This document shows, piece after piece, positions 42,113 through 51,609 of a stretch of DNA of 61,549 nucleotides. Position numbers and translations under genes: made by a program. The notes under the pieces were generated by a model, which was given only the letters and a program-made list of their open reading frames with translations, was not told the origin of the DNA and searched no databases. Source of the stretch: Myxococcota bacterium (GTDB taxonomy: Bacteria > Myxococcota_A > Polyangia > Polyangiales > Houyiibacteriaceae); contig JBCCEK010000005.1 of the NCBI GenBank assembly GCA_039030295.1, positions 1 through 61,549 of the forward strand, written 5' to 3'. Within the stretch, counting starts at the first letter, position 1; the number at the start of each line of letters is the position of its first letter.

Positions 42113-42989
42113 GCACCCGCTCGACCTCGTCGAGATCGTCGTGGACTTCGATCCGGTTTGTCGGGGTCGCGGCTGCCGCGCGGCCGCCCGCGAGTATCCG
42201 GACGCCGGGCGGGGCGGCCTTCTCGATCGCGTTGAACTCGCGTGCGACCGCTTCTGGGTCGAGATTGCTGACCGAGACCATGATCATCTTCGCGTTGGCT
42301 TCCCGTGCCGCAAATGCGATCTCCTCAGCCGGTAGGTCGGCGCCGAGATAAAGCACGCGCCAACCGTGCATCGTGGCCAACATCGCGACCATCAGAGCGC
42401 CGAGTTCGTGCCGCTCGCCGGCGGGTGTCGCCACGACGGTGACCGGCATGGCGTCGCTCGCGGGGTACAGGCGCATGAGCGAAAACAGGAGGCCACGCAT
42501 CACCGTTGAACTCGCATGTTCGTGTGCAATTCGAAGCTCACCTCGCTCCCAACGATCGCCAACCTCGCTCAGGATCGGCCCCACCACGCTCCTCAGGAAC
42601 TCCCCCGGCTCCGTCCCGAGGGCCGCACGCGACAGCATCTGCTCGGCCCCGAGGACGTCGAGGTCTTCGATGGAGGCGATGAACCGACGCCTGAGAAGCT
42701 CGAGCCTATCGGCCCTGTCGGGTGTTTCCGCGGATGGGAGCTTAGCGGCCATGCCTTGGAGCTCGGCCGTCGGCAGCCGCGCGATTCCGCCGATCGAATG
42801 CCCTTCCGCGACCAACCGGCTGAGGACCCTGAGCCGGGCGACGTCCGCATCGTTATAGAGGCGGCCGCCCGCCTCGGTGCGATGCGGAAGTACCGCGGCG
42901 TACCGCTTCTCCCAAACGCGCAGGGTGTGGGTGGAAAGCCCGGTCATCTTGGCGACCATCCCGACGCGGTACTTGGCTTCGTCCTTCAT
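42099..42989 (-). CDS. carH: CarH/LitR-type MerR-family repressor with cobalamin-binding domain
   Basis: MerR wHTH (LRVWEKRY, RTEAGGRLY); W-x9-EH (WERGELRIAHEH); B12-binding ERHELG...LGADLP...VSVS...AGG. Confidence 0.88.
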   Translation of the reverse strand: MKDEAKYRVGMVAKMTGLSTHTLRVWEKRYAAVLPHRTEAGGRLYNDADVARLRVLSRLVAEGHSIGGIARLPTAELQGMAAKLPSAETPDRADRLELLRRRFIASIEDLDVLGAEQMLSRAALGTEPGEFLRSVVGPILSEVGDRWERGELRIAHEHASSTVMRGLLFSLMRLYPASDAMPVTVVATPAGERHELGALMVAMLATMHGWRVLYLGADLPAEEIAFAAREANAKMIMVSVSNLDPEAVAREFNAIEKAAPPGVRILAGGRAAAATPTNRIEVHDDLDEVERVLSRS

Positions 42990-43033
42990 GCCGGCATAGC
43001 CCTTACGGAGCAGATGTGCTCTTTGACACGATC

Positions 43034-43055
43034 CTGTCTAACCCATGTCTATACC
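43034..43055 (-). promoter_or_regulatory. Putative CarH operator (two 11-bp direct repeats) upstream of carH
   Basis: Minus strand ggtaTagACAt-gggtTagACAg matches nnnnTnnACAn with exact 11-bp phasing. Confidence 0.72.
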
Positions 43056-43104
43056 TGGGATTCTCGCCAATCAAGCATTCACTGAGAAAAGCTGCCCCTA
43101 CTCC

Positions 43105-43132
43105 TTGACGACTCTCATTGCCGTAGTAGAAA
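43105..43132 (+). promoter_or_regulatory. Putative sigma70-type promoter of the DUF4397 gene
   Basis: TTGACG (43105-43110), 16-nt spacer, TAGAAA (43127-43132), directly abutting the operator repeats. Confidence 0.45.
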
Positions 43133-43163
43133 GCTGTACAAGACCTAGACATGACTTAGACAG
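43131..43163 (+). promoter_or_regulatory. Putative CarH operator (three 11-bp direct repeats) upstream of the DUF4397 lipoprotein
   Basis: aagcTgtACAa-gaccTagACAt-gactTagACAg, perfectly phased, lying between the promoter and the GGAGGAG RBS (43167-43173). Confidence 0.82.
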
Positions 43164-43177
43164 GTCGGAGGAGAAAC

Positions 43178-44044
43178 ATGATCAACAAAACGACATTGGG
43201 TATCGCGGTCGTCGCCATGCTGAGCTTCGGCATGGTCGGCTGTGGGGATGATAGCGACACGGGCACAGGTGGCTCGGGCGGAAGCGCGACCGGCGGGACC
43301 GGCGGTGGAACCGGCGGCATGGGCGGCGACGGCGGAGCCGGCGGCGGCCTCCTAGGTAGCGGCGCCGTGACGGCGGTCCATTTGGCTCCCGACATTCCGG
43401 CCGAAGGCGACACCGCGGTGGCGATCTTCCTCGACGGCGAGGAGACCGAGTTTCAGGTCTCGTACACGGAGTCCTCGGGTCGCATCGAGCTGCCTGCCGG
43501 CACGTATGACATCGGCATCGGGGTTCCCGGTGGTGACGAGCCCGTTCTGCAACTCGACGGCGTCGAGATCATGGATGGGTCCGATCTGACCGTGGTCGCC
43601 TATCGCACCAACGACCCACCCCCGGCCGTCCCGGTCAACGTGTTGGTCTTCAACACGTCCATCGATGGGCTTGAGGCCGGCTCGGGCCGCGTGTTCATCG
43701 GCCATGGCGCCAATGACCCCGCACTTGATCCCGTCACCGTGGCCACGGTCGATGACCCAGTCACCACCTGCACCGACGTCGCTGCCGACCTCGGCTTTGG
43801 CAACATCGCACCCGAGATGGGCGGACTCGACCTCGCCGAGGGCAACCTCGACGTGGTGTTCTACACGGGCGAGACCTGCCCGCCGTTCTTCGCCGACCTC
43901 ATCGTCGATGTCCCCGTGACGCCGGACGTCTCGAGCGTTCTCATCGCGGTCGACGAGGATCCCACCGACAACCTCGCATTCCAACTCTTTGGCATCATCG
44001 ACGCCGATGATCCTGCCCCGCTTATTCCCCCCCCAGCTATGTAA
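43178..44044 (+). CDS. DUF4397-like acidic lipoprotein
   Basis: Strong RBS; lipobox MVG-C; GTGG-rich linker; two beta-rich repeats (AVHLAPD...AGTYDI; RVFIGHGA...), resembling the DUF4397 vHaspDap pattern. Confidence 0.8.
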   Translation: MINKTTLGIAVVAMLSFGMVGCGDDSDTGTGGSGGSATGGTGGGTGGMGGDGGAGGGLLGSGAVTAVHLAPDIPAEGDTAVAIFLDGEETEFQVSYTESSGRIELPAGTYDIGIGVPGGDEPVLQLDGVEIMDGSDLTVVAYRTNDPPPAVPVNVLVFNTSIDGLEAGSGRVFIGHGANDPALDPVTVATVDDPVTTCTDVAADLGFGNIAPEMGGLDLAEGNLDVVFYTGETCPPFFADLIVDVPVTPDVSSVLIAVDEDPTDNLAFQLFGIIDADDPAPLIPPPAM

Positions 44045-44084
44045 ATCCTAATCCTCTTCCTAGACACCACGCGCTTCGGCGCAC

Positions 44085-44122
44085 GGGCCGCTCATCTCCC
44101 GGTGAGCGGCCCTTTTCTTTTT
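44085..44122 (+). terminator. Rho-independent terminator
   Basis: Stem GGGCCGCTCA (44085-94) / TGAGCGGCCC (44103-12) followed by TTTTCTTTTT. Confidence 0.88.
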
Positions 44123-44164
44123 GCACCGTTGACGGCGAAGGCTTCTCCTAGGTAGGACGCGAGG

Positions 44165-44785
44165 GTGGGCGTAGACAGCGGTCGGTTCGAACGGGTTCGG
44201 TGTGCCGCGTGCGTGTTGGCGGCTGCGCTCGTGGCCCAGCTCTCGGGATGCACCGAAACGACGGATACCTCGCCGATTCCGAGCTTGATACCGCTTCCCT
44301 CGTTGCCCGCCGATACGCCAGCCGACCCCTACCTCCGCTCCGACTCGAGGTTTGGCACGGTGCATCTGCACGCGGGCTTCAATCCTGACCCTCGCATCGT
44401 CGAGGGCACCGCCGACGGTCAGCTCCCCGCGAACACGATTCACCGTCGCTGCCGCGGCTGGACCTCGGCCGAGCCCGACTACCTGCTCTCCGCCGATACT
44501 GCCTTTCTTCAACTCCACGTTCTCGGTCGCGCGGAGGTCGCGCTTTCGCTGGTACTCCGAAAGCCGAACGGACGCGTCGTCTGCAAGAACAGTCGGAGCG
44601 CCAGTCGCGGGGTCGTGCTCCGGACGGACCTGCCTCTTGGGACGTCGCAGTTGTGGGTGTCCGTGGCCGAGGAAGGTGCCAGCGCTCCGTACCGACTTGG
44701 GTTCTCCGAGGTGTCGTCGCGGCCGACCAGCATCCCGGCTCCCGAAGACACGGTCGAGCCCGCCGCGGCGCCGAGCCCGCCCTGA
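44165..44785 (+). CDS. Hypothetical lipoprotein (GFxPDP / PPC-like beta domain)
   Basis: Lipobox LSG-C; LHAGFNPDP...CRGW....PD...LVLRKPNG..C pattern. Confidence 0.65.
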   Translation: MGVDSGRFERVRCAACVLAAALVAQLSGCTETTDTSPIPSLIPLPSLPADTPADPYLRSDSRFGTVHLHAGFNPDPRIVEGTADGQLPANTIHRRCRGWTSAEPDYLLSADTAFLQLHVLGRAEVALSLVLRKPNGRVVCKNSRSASRGVVLRTDLPLGTSQLWVSVAEEGASAPYRLGFSEVSSRPTSIPAPEDTVEPAAAPSPP

Positions 44786-44825
44786 CACCGCGCGACGCGC
44801 CCACAGCTCCAGCGATGCGCGCGGC

Positions 44826-45650
44826 CTAGCTGAGAAAGCCCACGCGGCGGGCCACGTCTTGCACGACGGGTAACACCGCGCTGAAAGCGTTGGCGTTGCA
44901 GGCGAGGATACCGCGGTCGTTCCGCATGTCGGTCCCCCCGTAGTGATACGCACGTCCGGCGAGGTCGGTGAACCTCCCGCCTGCCGCCTTGAGGATCGCT
45001 TCGGGACCGCAGGCGTCCCACGCGCTCGACTTGTTGGACATGTGGATGTAGAGGTCGGCGCGCTGTTCGGCGATCAAGCCGACTTTGAGACCAACCGATC
45101 CACTCGCAGTTTCTTTCGAGATCTTGAGTCTATCCATGGCGTCGTCGATCGGTTGGCCCCGGTGCGAGCGTGAAACGACGAGCCGAAGCCGTTCCGTGTC
45201 GGCGATGTCACTCACCCGGAGCGCGGTCCGCAGCCCCCCGACCTCCATCTCGGCGCCTGCGCCGACGACCCCCGCATAGAGCTTATCGTCGACGGGTCGA
45301 TACACGACACCGAGAGTCGACACACCCTCGATCGCGAGCCCCAACATCACCGCGAACTCGCCGTTCTTTGCGATGAATTCCTTGGTTCCGTCGAGCGGAT
45401 CGACGTACCAGCAACGCCCCCCTCGGAGCGCGTCGCTTCGGTCCTCGCTCTCTTCAGCGACGATCCCGTCATCAGGGAACGCCGTCCTCAGGGCGTCGAC
45501 GATGTATGTATTGGCGCGGGTGTCTGCTTCAGTCACCGGGTCCGACTTCGACTTGAACGCGACGGCGTAGTCGGTCTCGTAGAGCTCCAGCAAGATGCGG
45601 CCCGCCACCCGGGCGATCTTCTCGGCTTCGAGCAGCTCTTTGTCGAGCAT
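44826..45650 (-). CDS. cysQ: 3'(2'),5'-bisphosphate nucleotidase CysQ-like
   Basis: PVTEAD, AEES, WYVDPLDGTKEFI, VSRSH, GSVGLK, WDACGPEAIL. Confidence 0.88.
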   Translation of the reverse strand: MLDKELLEAEKIARVAGRILLELYETDYAVAFKSKSDPVTEADTRANTYIVDALRTAFPDDGIVAEESEDRSDALRGGRCWYVDPLDGTKEFIAKNGEFAVMLGLAIEGVSTLGVVYRPVDDKLYAGVVGAGAEMEVGGLRTALRVSDIADTERLRLVVSRSHRGQPIDDAMDRLKISKETASGSVGLKVGLIAEQRADLYIHMSNKSSAWDACGPEAILKAAGGRFTDLAGRAYHYGGTDMRNDRGILACNANAFSAVLPVVQDVARRVGFLS

Positions 45651-45686
45651 GTACCGCTCTACCACGGGTTTTCGATCCGGCCACGT

Positions 45687-46445
45687 TCATCCGAGCCGCC
45701 GGGCAAGGTCGGCGAGGAGGGTCGCGACGGCGTCGACGCCGTCCAGGGTCGTCATCGGAGTCCCGGGCGGTGCCGTGCGCTCGTCCGAGATGACGAAAGC
45801 GCCGACCCCGTGCTGGTTCGCGAACTCGATCGCCGGTAGGTCTGTCACGTCGTCACCGGCGAAGAAGACGCTTTCCGCCCGGCTCCGACCGAAGATCTCT
45901 CGGAGCGCTTCTCCCTTGTCTCCGGTAACGGCTTCGACTTCGACCAGGGAGCGACCCTGTCGCGGGTGGAGTCCAACCGAGTTTGCGAACGCTTCCGCCT
46001 CCTCGAGGATCTCCTGCGCGCGTTCAGGCTCGGCTTGGGCGAGCACCCGGACGTGCACCGCGATGGCGCCGGGTTTGTGTTCGATGAACGCTCCCTCGGC
46101 GTGTTCGCGAGTCCATGCATCGAAGCGATCGAGTGCATCTCGGTGCGACTCGGTCATCGCGCGGGGCTTCGGTCGCTCCCCAGGTGCAATGACGACCCCG
46201 CCGTGCTCGACCCCGCGCCATATCCCATCGATCTGCTCCATTCGGGACAGCGACGACAGATCGCGGCCGGTGATCAAGGCGAGCACCACGTCGTCGGCGT
46301 GCCCAAGCCGCTGCAGAGACGCCATCGTGCTTTCTGGAATGGTCGCGGCGTCTGGGTCCTCGACGATGGGGGCGAGTGTACCGTCGACGTCGAGTCCGAC
46401 GAGCAGCGGTCGCGCGAGGCTGAGCACCCGGTCGACGAGGGTCAC
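45687..46445 (-). CDS. otsB: Trehalose-6-phosphate phosphatase
   Basis: HAD motifs LDVDGTL, ITGR, EHG, DKG, AGDDVTD. GTG 46445 overlaps the otsA stop. Confidence 0.9.
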   Translation of the reverse strand: MTLVDRVLSLARPLLVGLDVDGTLAPIVEDPDAATIPESTMASLQRLGHADDVVLALITGRDLSSLSRMEQIDGIWRGVEHGGVVIAPGERPKPRAMTESHRDALDRFDAWTREHAEGAFIEHKPGAIAVHVRVLAQAEPERAQEILEEAEAFANSVGLHPRQGRSLVEVEAVTGDKGEALREIFGRSRAESVFFAGDDVTDLPAIEFANQHGVGAFVISDERTAPPGTPMTTLDGVDAVATLLADLARRLG

Positions 46446-47833
46446 GCGTTCTCCAGCGCCGAGATGTAGTCGTCGGCCCAGCCGTGAACATCGAGGCGGG
46501 AGACTTCTTGCCGAAGCGATCGCATGCGTTTGCGCATCTCTGCGCGTTTCATGCTGAGCGCCTGCCGTATGGCTTCCGCCATCGCGTCGACATCGTACGG
46601 ATTGACCTGAACCGCCGCCTGGAGGTACTTGGCAGCTCCGGCGAACTCGCTGAGTACGAGAACCCCGTCTTCCTCGGTTCGTGATGTCACGTACTCGTGT
46701 GCCACGAGGTTCATGCCGTCTCGGAGTGGCGTCACCCAGGCGACGTCGGCGGCCCGGTAGAGTGCGAACAAGGCGCGCTGGCTCAGGTTCCGGTACTGGT
46801 AGTGAATGGGGATCTGGCCGGTGTCCGAGTAGCGACCGTTGATGTCGCCCACCATCCGGTCGATCTCCTCCTTGAGGTCGGCGTAGGCCTTCACGTCCGT
46901 TCGGCTCGGCACCATCACCTGCATCAGGAGGTATCGGCTGCGAGCGTGGCGATCGTGCTTCAATAGGGCGTCGAAGGCCCACAGGCGCTCGGGTATTCCC
47001 TTCGTGTAGTCGAGCCGGTCGACCCCGAGAATCAGTCGCCGGTTTCCCATCGCGTTCCGGATTCGCCCCACTTCGCGCTCGACGTCCGGGTCGATCGCGA
47101 GAGCTTCCAGTTCTTCGACCGGCACGCCGATCGGCGCCGCGACGGTCTTCACGGTCCGGTTCCGATGACGGATCGAGTTCTGCGACACGCGGTACGGGGT
47201 GAAGCGTTTGACGCACTCCCGGAAGTGGGCCTCGTACTCCGGCAGGTGGAAACCAAGAAGGTCCGCACCCAGAAGCCCTTCGAGAATCTGCTCGCGCCAG
47301 GGAAGGATCCCAAACGTGTCCGGTGACGGCCATGGGATGTGGCAAAACCAGCCGACGCGGGCTTTGGGCCGACGGCTTCGAATGAACCCTGGCACAAGCA
47401 TCAGATGATAGTCCTGGACCCAGACCAGGTCGGACGCGCCGCTCGTCGAGAGTGTCATGTCGGCGAACTCTCGGTTGGCGTTCACATAGTTGGACCAAGG
47501 CGCGTCCCCCACCCGGATCGTCGGCGGGAAACTGTGAAGGAGTGGCCAGATCACGCCGTTCGATACGCCCTCGTAGAAGCCGCGCTCATCGCTGCGTTTG
47601 AGCGCGATGTACGCGAGGTCGTACTCGAGGTGCGGGACCGGCACGGTGATCGAGTCGAAGTCCTTCGCCTGCTTCGCGCTCACCCATACTCCGCCGCGCT
47701 TCTGCAACACCGGATCGAGTGCCGCGACGAGGCCCCCAGCCGCGCGCACCCATCGGTCCTTACCTCGCGTAGCCTCATGGCGATACGGCCCTCGGTTCGA
47801 AACCACCACCAGTCTCCGGTCCTTCTTCGCCAT
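46442..47833 (-). CDS. otsA: Trehalose-6-phosphate synthase
   Basis: [55 protein letters not shown]. Confidence 0.96.
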   Translation of the reverse strand: MAKKDRRLVVVSNRGPYRHEATRGKDRWVRAAGGLVAALDPVLQKRGGVWVSAKQAKDFDSITVPVPHLEYDLAYIALKRSDERGFYEGVSNGVIWPLLHSFPPTIRVGDAPWSNYVNANREFADMTLSTSGASDLVWVQDYHLMLVPGFIRSRRPKARVGWFCHIPWPSPDTFGILPWREQILEGLLGADLLGFHLPEYEAHFRECVKRFTPYRVSQNSIRHRNRTVKTVAAPIGVPVEELEALAIDPDVEREVGRIRNAMGNRRLILGVDRLDYTKGIPERLWAFDALLKHDRHARSRYLLMQVMVPSRTDVKAYADLKEEIDRMVGDINGRYSDTGQIPIHYQYRNLSQRALFALYRAADVAWVTPLRDGMNLVAHEYVTSRTEEDGVLVLSEFAGAAKYLQAAVQVNPYDVDAMAEAIRQALSMKRAEMRKRMRSLRQEVSRLDVHGWADDYISALENA

Positions 47834-47889
47834 GGCGCGGAAGCATAGCAGGATCGACCCACGTCCCGTTTTCTGATACCGCTGTTCCT

Positions 47890-48390
47890 ATGGGCGCCGA
47901 CCCCTCGAGTTTTCTCCGCGGCCGGACGAGAGAGACGCAGATCCGTCGGGACGCGCGCGGCCGCTGGTTCGATGGCGACGATCCCATCGACCACCCGAAC
48001 CTCGTGCACTCATTCGACGGCTGGGTCGACCGCGCCGAAGACGGGCGATTCTGCCTGAGCAATGCGATCAACTGGGCCTACGTCGAGATCGAAGGCCCCG
48101 CGTACTTCGTCAAGGACGTGGCGGTCTCCGCAGAGGGGGTCATTCTCCACCTCTCTGGGGGCCACGATGAAGCGCTCGATCCAGCCTCCCTCGTGCAGGG
48201 TCCCGAGGGGGCGCTTTGGTGCGCCGTCCGAGACGGACGCTGCCCGGCGCGTTTCGACAATCATGCGGTCAGCAAGCTGTCGCCCTGGGTCGACGAAGAT
48301 CCTGAGGGGGTGTTCGTCGAAGTGGGCGGTGTCCGGGTCCGCCCCGCGCCAGTGACCGATCCCCTTTCACTCGGAACCGAAAAGCGCTAG
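47890..48390 (+). CDS. Hypothetical protein (DUF1285-like)
   Basis: IRRDARGRWF.G..I.H...WAYVEIE.PAYFV pattern; family assignment tentative. Confidence 0.6.
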   Translation: MGADPSSFLRGRTRETQIRRDARGRWFDGDDPIDHPNLVHSFDGWVDRAEDGRFCLSNAINWAYVEIEGPAYFVKDVAVSAEGVILHLSGGHDEALDPASLVQGPEGALWCAVRDGRCPARFDNHAVSKLSPWVDEDPEGVFVEVGGVRVRPAPVTDPLSLGTEKR

Positions 48391-48399
48391 GCAACGCCC

Positions 48400-49008
48400 G
48401 TGAATCGGCGTGAGCTCATGGCGGCGGCCATCATCGGCGCGATCGCGTTTCCCCTCCTGCTGATCTTCGCGGGCGCGATCGTAGACGCCCGCGTTCGTGC
48501 CAGCGAGGCTCCGTTTCGTGCGGTGCTCGGCAACGGCCGCTTCGAAGCTCTGATGTCCGGCGAGGGCGGGATTCCCCACTATCTTGGCGCCTCCCTGAGC
48601 GCGCCCGAGTTCACGCTCCCCGAGCAATCGGGAGGGAACTGGAGCCTTGCCGACCAGCGCGGCAAGGTCGTGGTGATGAACTTCTGGACGGTGACCTGCC
48701 GCCCGTGCATTCAGGAGATGCCGACGATCGAACTTCTTGCGGAGATCACCAAGGGCTGGGGGGACGTCGAGGTTGTGGCGGTGTCGACCGATCGCGACTG
48801 GGCCGAGGTTGAGGCGATCATTCCGGCAGGGTCCGACATCGTGAGCCTTCTCGATGCGGACCGCGCGGTCGTCACCGAGGCGTTTGGAACCAAGCTGTTC
48901 CCCGAAACCTGGATCATCGACAAGAACGGCGTCGTCCGGCTGCGTTTCGACGGAGCTTTCGATTGGGCGAGCCCCGTCGCGCTCGATCTAATTCGCGCGT
49001 ACCGCTGA
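48400..49008 (+). CDS. TlpA/ResA-family thiol:disulfide oxidoreductase
   Basis: N-terminal TM, APEFTL, GKVVVMNFWTVTCRPC, FPETWIIDKNG. Confidence 0.9.
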   Translation: MNRRELMAAAIIGAIAFPLLLIFAGAIVDARVRASEAPFRAVLGNGRFEALMSGEGGIPHYLGASLSAPEFTLPEQSGGNWSLADQRGKVVVMNFWTVTCRPCIQEMPTIELLAEITKGWGDVEVVAVSTDRDWAEVEAIIPAGSDIVSLLDADRAVVTEAFGTKLFPETWIIDKNGVVRLRFDGAFDWASPVALDLIRAYR

Positions 49009-49061
49009 GCTCTTCGCGCGCTCCAGGTCTGCCCGAGATCTGCTGAAGTTCTGCTGAAGAT

Positions 49062-49742
49062 CTAGGCCTCCGACAGGAGGTAGCGTGACACCCATACGCC
49101 GAACGCGATGAACAGAAGATCGAAGGCGGCAAGGATGCGCATCCAGCTGAGAACATCTGCCATGGGCGCGCCCGCGAACAACTCTCGCGTGGCGACCGCG
49201 GACGCCAAGAGCGCAGGGGCGACCAGAGGGAAGACCAAGACGCTCAGCACGAGGTCGCGAGCCCGGGTGCGAATACCGACCGCCGAGAACAACGTCGCTG
49301 TCGTGACGAATCCAACCGAGCCAAGCACGATGAGGCCGGTTAGCGGTAGCCATTGTCCGCCGGGTTCCAGCTGAAAGAACACCAAGCAGAGGGGGACCAA
49401 GAGCAACTCGACCACGAACAGGAGTGCCAGCGCGCTGAGCGATTTGCCGATGTAGATCGAGGCGCGCGGGATCGGTGACAGGAGAAGGGCGAAGACCGCG
49501 TCGTTCTCACGCTCGAGGGCCCAGCTCCGGCCGATCAGCAAGACGCCGCAAAAGAGGATCGAGATCCAGAGGACCCCGGGCGCGACATTCGGGGCGCTCA
49601 CAGGGTCCGTGTAGAAGGCGAGGGATCCCAGCGTGACGACGAGCACCGCAAAGAGGCTCGTCGCCGTGAGGATCTCTTTGCTGCGAAGCTCGAGACGGAG
49701 ATCCTTAAGCGCGACCCACCACGCCGCCCGTAGCACGTTCAT
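49062..49742 (-). CDS. ccmB: Heme exporter/cytochrome c maturation permease CcmB
   Basis: KDLRLELRSKE, PGVLW, LLSP, LVFPLVAP; ~6 TM segments; ATGA overlap with ccmA. Confidence 0.9.
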   Translation of the reverse strand: MNVLRAAWWVALKDLRLELRSKEILTATSLFAVLVVTLGSLAFYTDPVSAPNVAPGVLWISILFCGVLLIGRSWALERENDAVFALLLSPIPRASIYIGKSLSALALLFVVELLLVPLCLVFFQLEPGGQWLPLTGLIVLGSVGFVTTATLFSAVGIRTRARDLVLSVLVFPLVAPALLASAVATRELFAGAPMADVLSWMRILAAFDLLFIAFGVWVSRYLLSEA

Positions 49743-50395
49743 GCGTCCGCCTCGGAGATGCGGCCTCGGTCGATCACGACCACTCGGTCAGCGACGCGTT
49801 CGGCGAAGCTCAACTCGTGACTCACGACGACGACAATGGCGCCTGACGCGCGCTGGCGGGCGATCTGTGCGACCAACGTCTCCGTTGAGCGCTCGTCGAG
49901 ACCCGTGGACGGTTCATCCATCAAGAGCAGCCTCGGCGCGTGTAGCATCGCGCGCGCGATGGCGACGCGTTGGGCTTGTCCCCGCGAGTACGTCCGAAGT
50001 GGGCGCTCCCAGTAGTCGGTCATGGTGAGCTCCTGCGCGAATCGTTCCGTTCGATCCGCGCCGTCTGAGAGCCCATGCAGCTTTGCCGCGAGCAAGAGGT
50101 TCTCCTGGCCGCTGAGGCCCGGGTAGAGCTGAAGCTGGTGCGCGACAAAGCCGATCCGAGCGCGGAGCTCAGCGGCGTTTGTTGCATCGTGACTGCCGAA
50201 CCGAACCTCCCCTCGTGTGGGCCGTCCGAGCAGTGCGAGGAGCCAAAGGAGCGTGGATTTCCCCGACCCGTTGGCGCCTAAGACTGCCGTCACCGTTCCT
50301 TGCGAGAACTCGAGGTTCACACCGGCGAGCGCCAGCGTGGCGCCGTAGGACTTCGTCAGCCCGGCTACCGCGACTTCTTCGAAATCCAACCTCAC
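49739..50395 (-). CDS. ccmA: CcmA-like ABC ATPase
   Basis: Walker A GANGSGKS, signature YSRGQ, Walker B LLLMDEP; adjacent to ccmB. Confidence 0.88.
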   Translation of the reverse strand: MRLDFEEVAVAGLTKSYGATLALAGVNLEFSQGTVTAVLGANGSGKSTLLWLLALLGRPTRGEVRFGSHDATNAAELRARIGFVAHQLQLYPGLSGQENLLLAAKLHGLSDGADRTERFAQELTMTDYWERPLRTYSRGQAQRVAIARAMLHAPRLLLMDEPSTGLDERSTETLVAQIARQRASGAIVVVVSHELSFAERVADRVVVIDRGRISEADA

Positions 50396-50406
50396 CAGAA
50401 GTCAGT

Positions 50407-51561
50407 CTAGAACAAGTCTCGGACGATGCCGTCAAGTTTCAGCCAGCGGTCTTGCGGCACCCGGAGCCAATCGTCTTCGAGCGCGACGTCCCCTCGGCGC
50501 AGTGCACGTTCGAGTTCGACCTCGCGCCCCGCGCTCACGTCCCGACCCGCGCGCTGCGCAGTCGAGGCCATGTTCACCCCCGGTAAGGTGCGCAGGCCGA
50601 GCATCAGGGCTTCCCTTATCAAGTGGTCCGCGTCCAGCGCTTCGAGCGTGCCTCCCGCCTCGGGGTGGCTCATGTAGCGCTGCGGAATCGGCTCGTTTCG
50701 CCACCGTGTCGCCGCGCCCACACCTTCCTCGAGGCAGCCCACCGCGGAAGAGCCGAGGCCGACGTAGGCGCCTCCTTGCCAGTAATGCATGTTGTGGCGC
50801 GACTCTTCGCCGCGGACCGCGTAGTTCGACACCTCATAGTGGTCCCAGCCGGCGTCCGAAAACTCGGCCTGCGCCCGCTCGAAGAGATCCGCATATCGGT
50901 CATCGGTGGCGACCCGGAGCTTGCCGGCTTTCTGTAGCGATCCGAAGAGCGTCTGGTGCTCGATCGTGAGGGCGTACGCAGAGACATGGCGGACGCCGAC
51001 CTCCAACAGACGCCGGATGTCCTCGGCGAACTCGCTCTTGGATTGTTCCGGCATCCCGAACATGAGGTCTGCACTCACGCGTGGCACCTCGGCGAACGCA
51101 TCTTCGACCGCGCGGACCGCTTGCGCGGCGTCGTGCAGCCTTCCAAGGAATCCGAGGTGCACGTCGCGGAGGGACTGGACACCAATCGAAACGCGATTGA
51201 CGCCGCCGTTCACCAGTGCGGCTGCATGCGCGCGCGAAAGCGAGCTCGGGTTGCATTCGACGGTGACCTCGAGATCGTTCGATTCGACGTCGAACGCACC
51301 TCGGATCGCGGAGAGCGTTCGTGCCAACGCTGACGGGTTCCACAACGAGGGAGTCCCACCTCCGAAGAACACCGACACGAGCATCCTTTCCTGCAGATCG
51401 GCAGCGCGCGAATCCAATTCACGCAGGAGTGCATCCGCGTAGGCGCCGTGCGCGATCGTGTTCGTCTTGACGGGTTCGGTCGCGAAGTCGCAATAGGGAC
51501 ATTTTCGAGCGCACCACGGGAAGTGCACGTAGACCGACGTCGGTATGGGTTCGCTTGACAT
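50407..51561 (-). CDS. hemW: Radical SAM heme chaperone HemW
   Basis: YVHFPWCARKCPYCDF, GGGTPS, YEVSNY and the HNxxYW motif (HNMHYW). Confidence 0.92.
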   Translation of the reverse strand: MSSEPIPTSVYVHFPWCARKCPYCDFATEPVKTNTIAHGAYADALLRELDSRAADLQERMLVSVFFGGGTPSLWNPSALARTLSAIRGAFDVESNDLEVTVECNPSSLSRAHAAALVNGGVNRVSIGVQSLRDVHLGFLGRLHDAAQAVRAVEDAFAEVPRVSADLMFGMPEQSKSEFAEDIRRLLEVGVRHVSAYALTIEHQTLFGSLQKAGKLRVATDDRYADLFERAQAEFSDAGWDHYEVSNYAVRGEESRHNMHYWQGGAYVGLGSSAVGCLEEGVGAATRWRNEPIPQRYMSHPEAGGTLEALDADHLIREALMLGLRTLPGVNMASTAQRAGRDVSAGREVELERALRRGDVALEDDWLRVPQDRWLKLDGIVRDLF

Positions 51562-51609
51562 GAGGCCCGCTCGGCCGGAGGTATACTCTCAATTCCGAGT
51601 ACGTCGCAG

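Noticed and set aside
43258-43350. GGC/ACC-rich repeats as a possible DNA repeat array
   Set aside because: They simply encode the Gly/Thr lipoprotein linker; there is no repeat-spacer structure.
46446-47498. 603-aa long version of OtsB
   Set aside because: The extension is an off-frame read through otsA; the HAD domain begins at GTG 46445.
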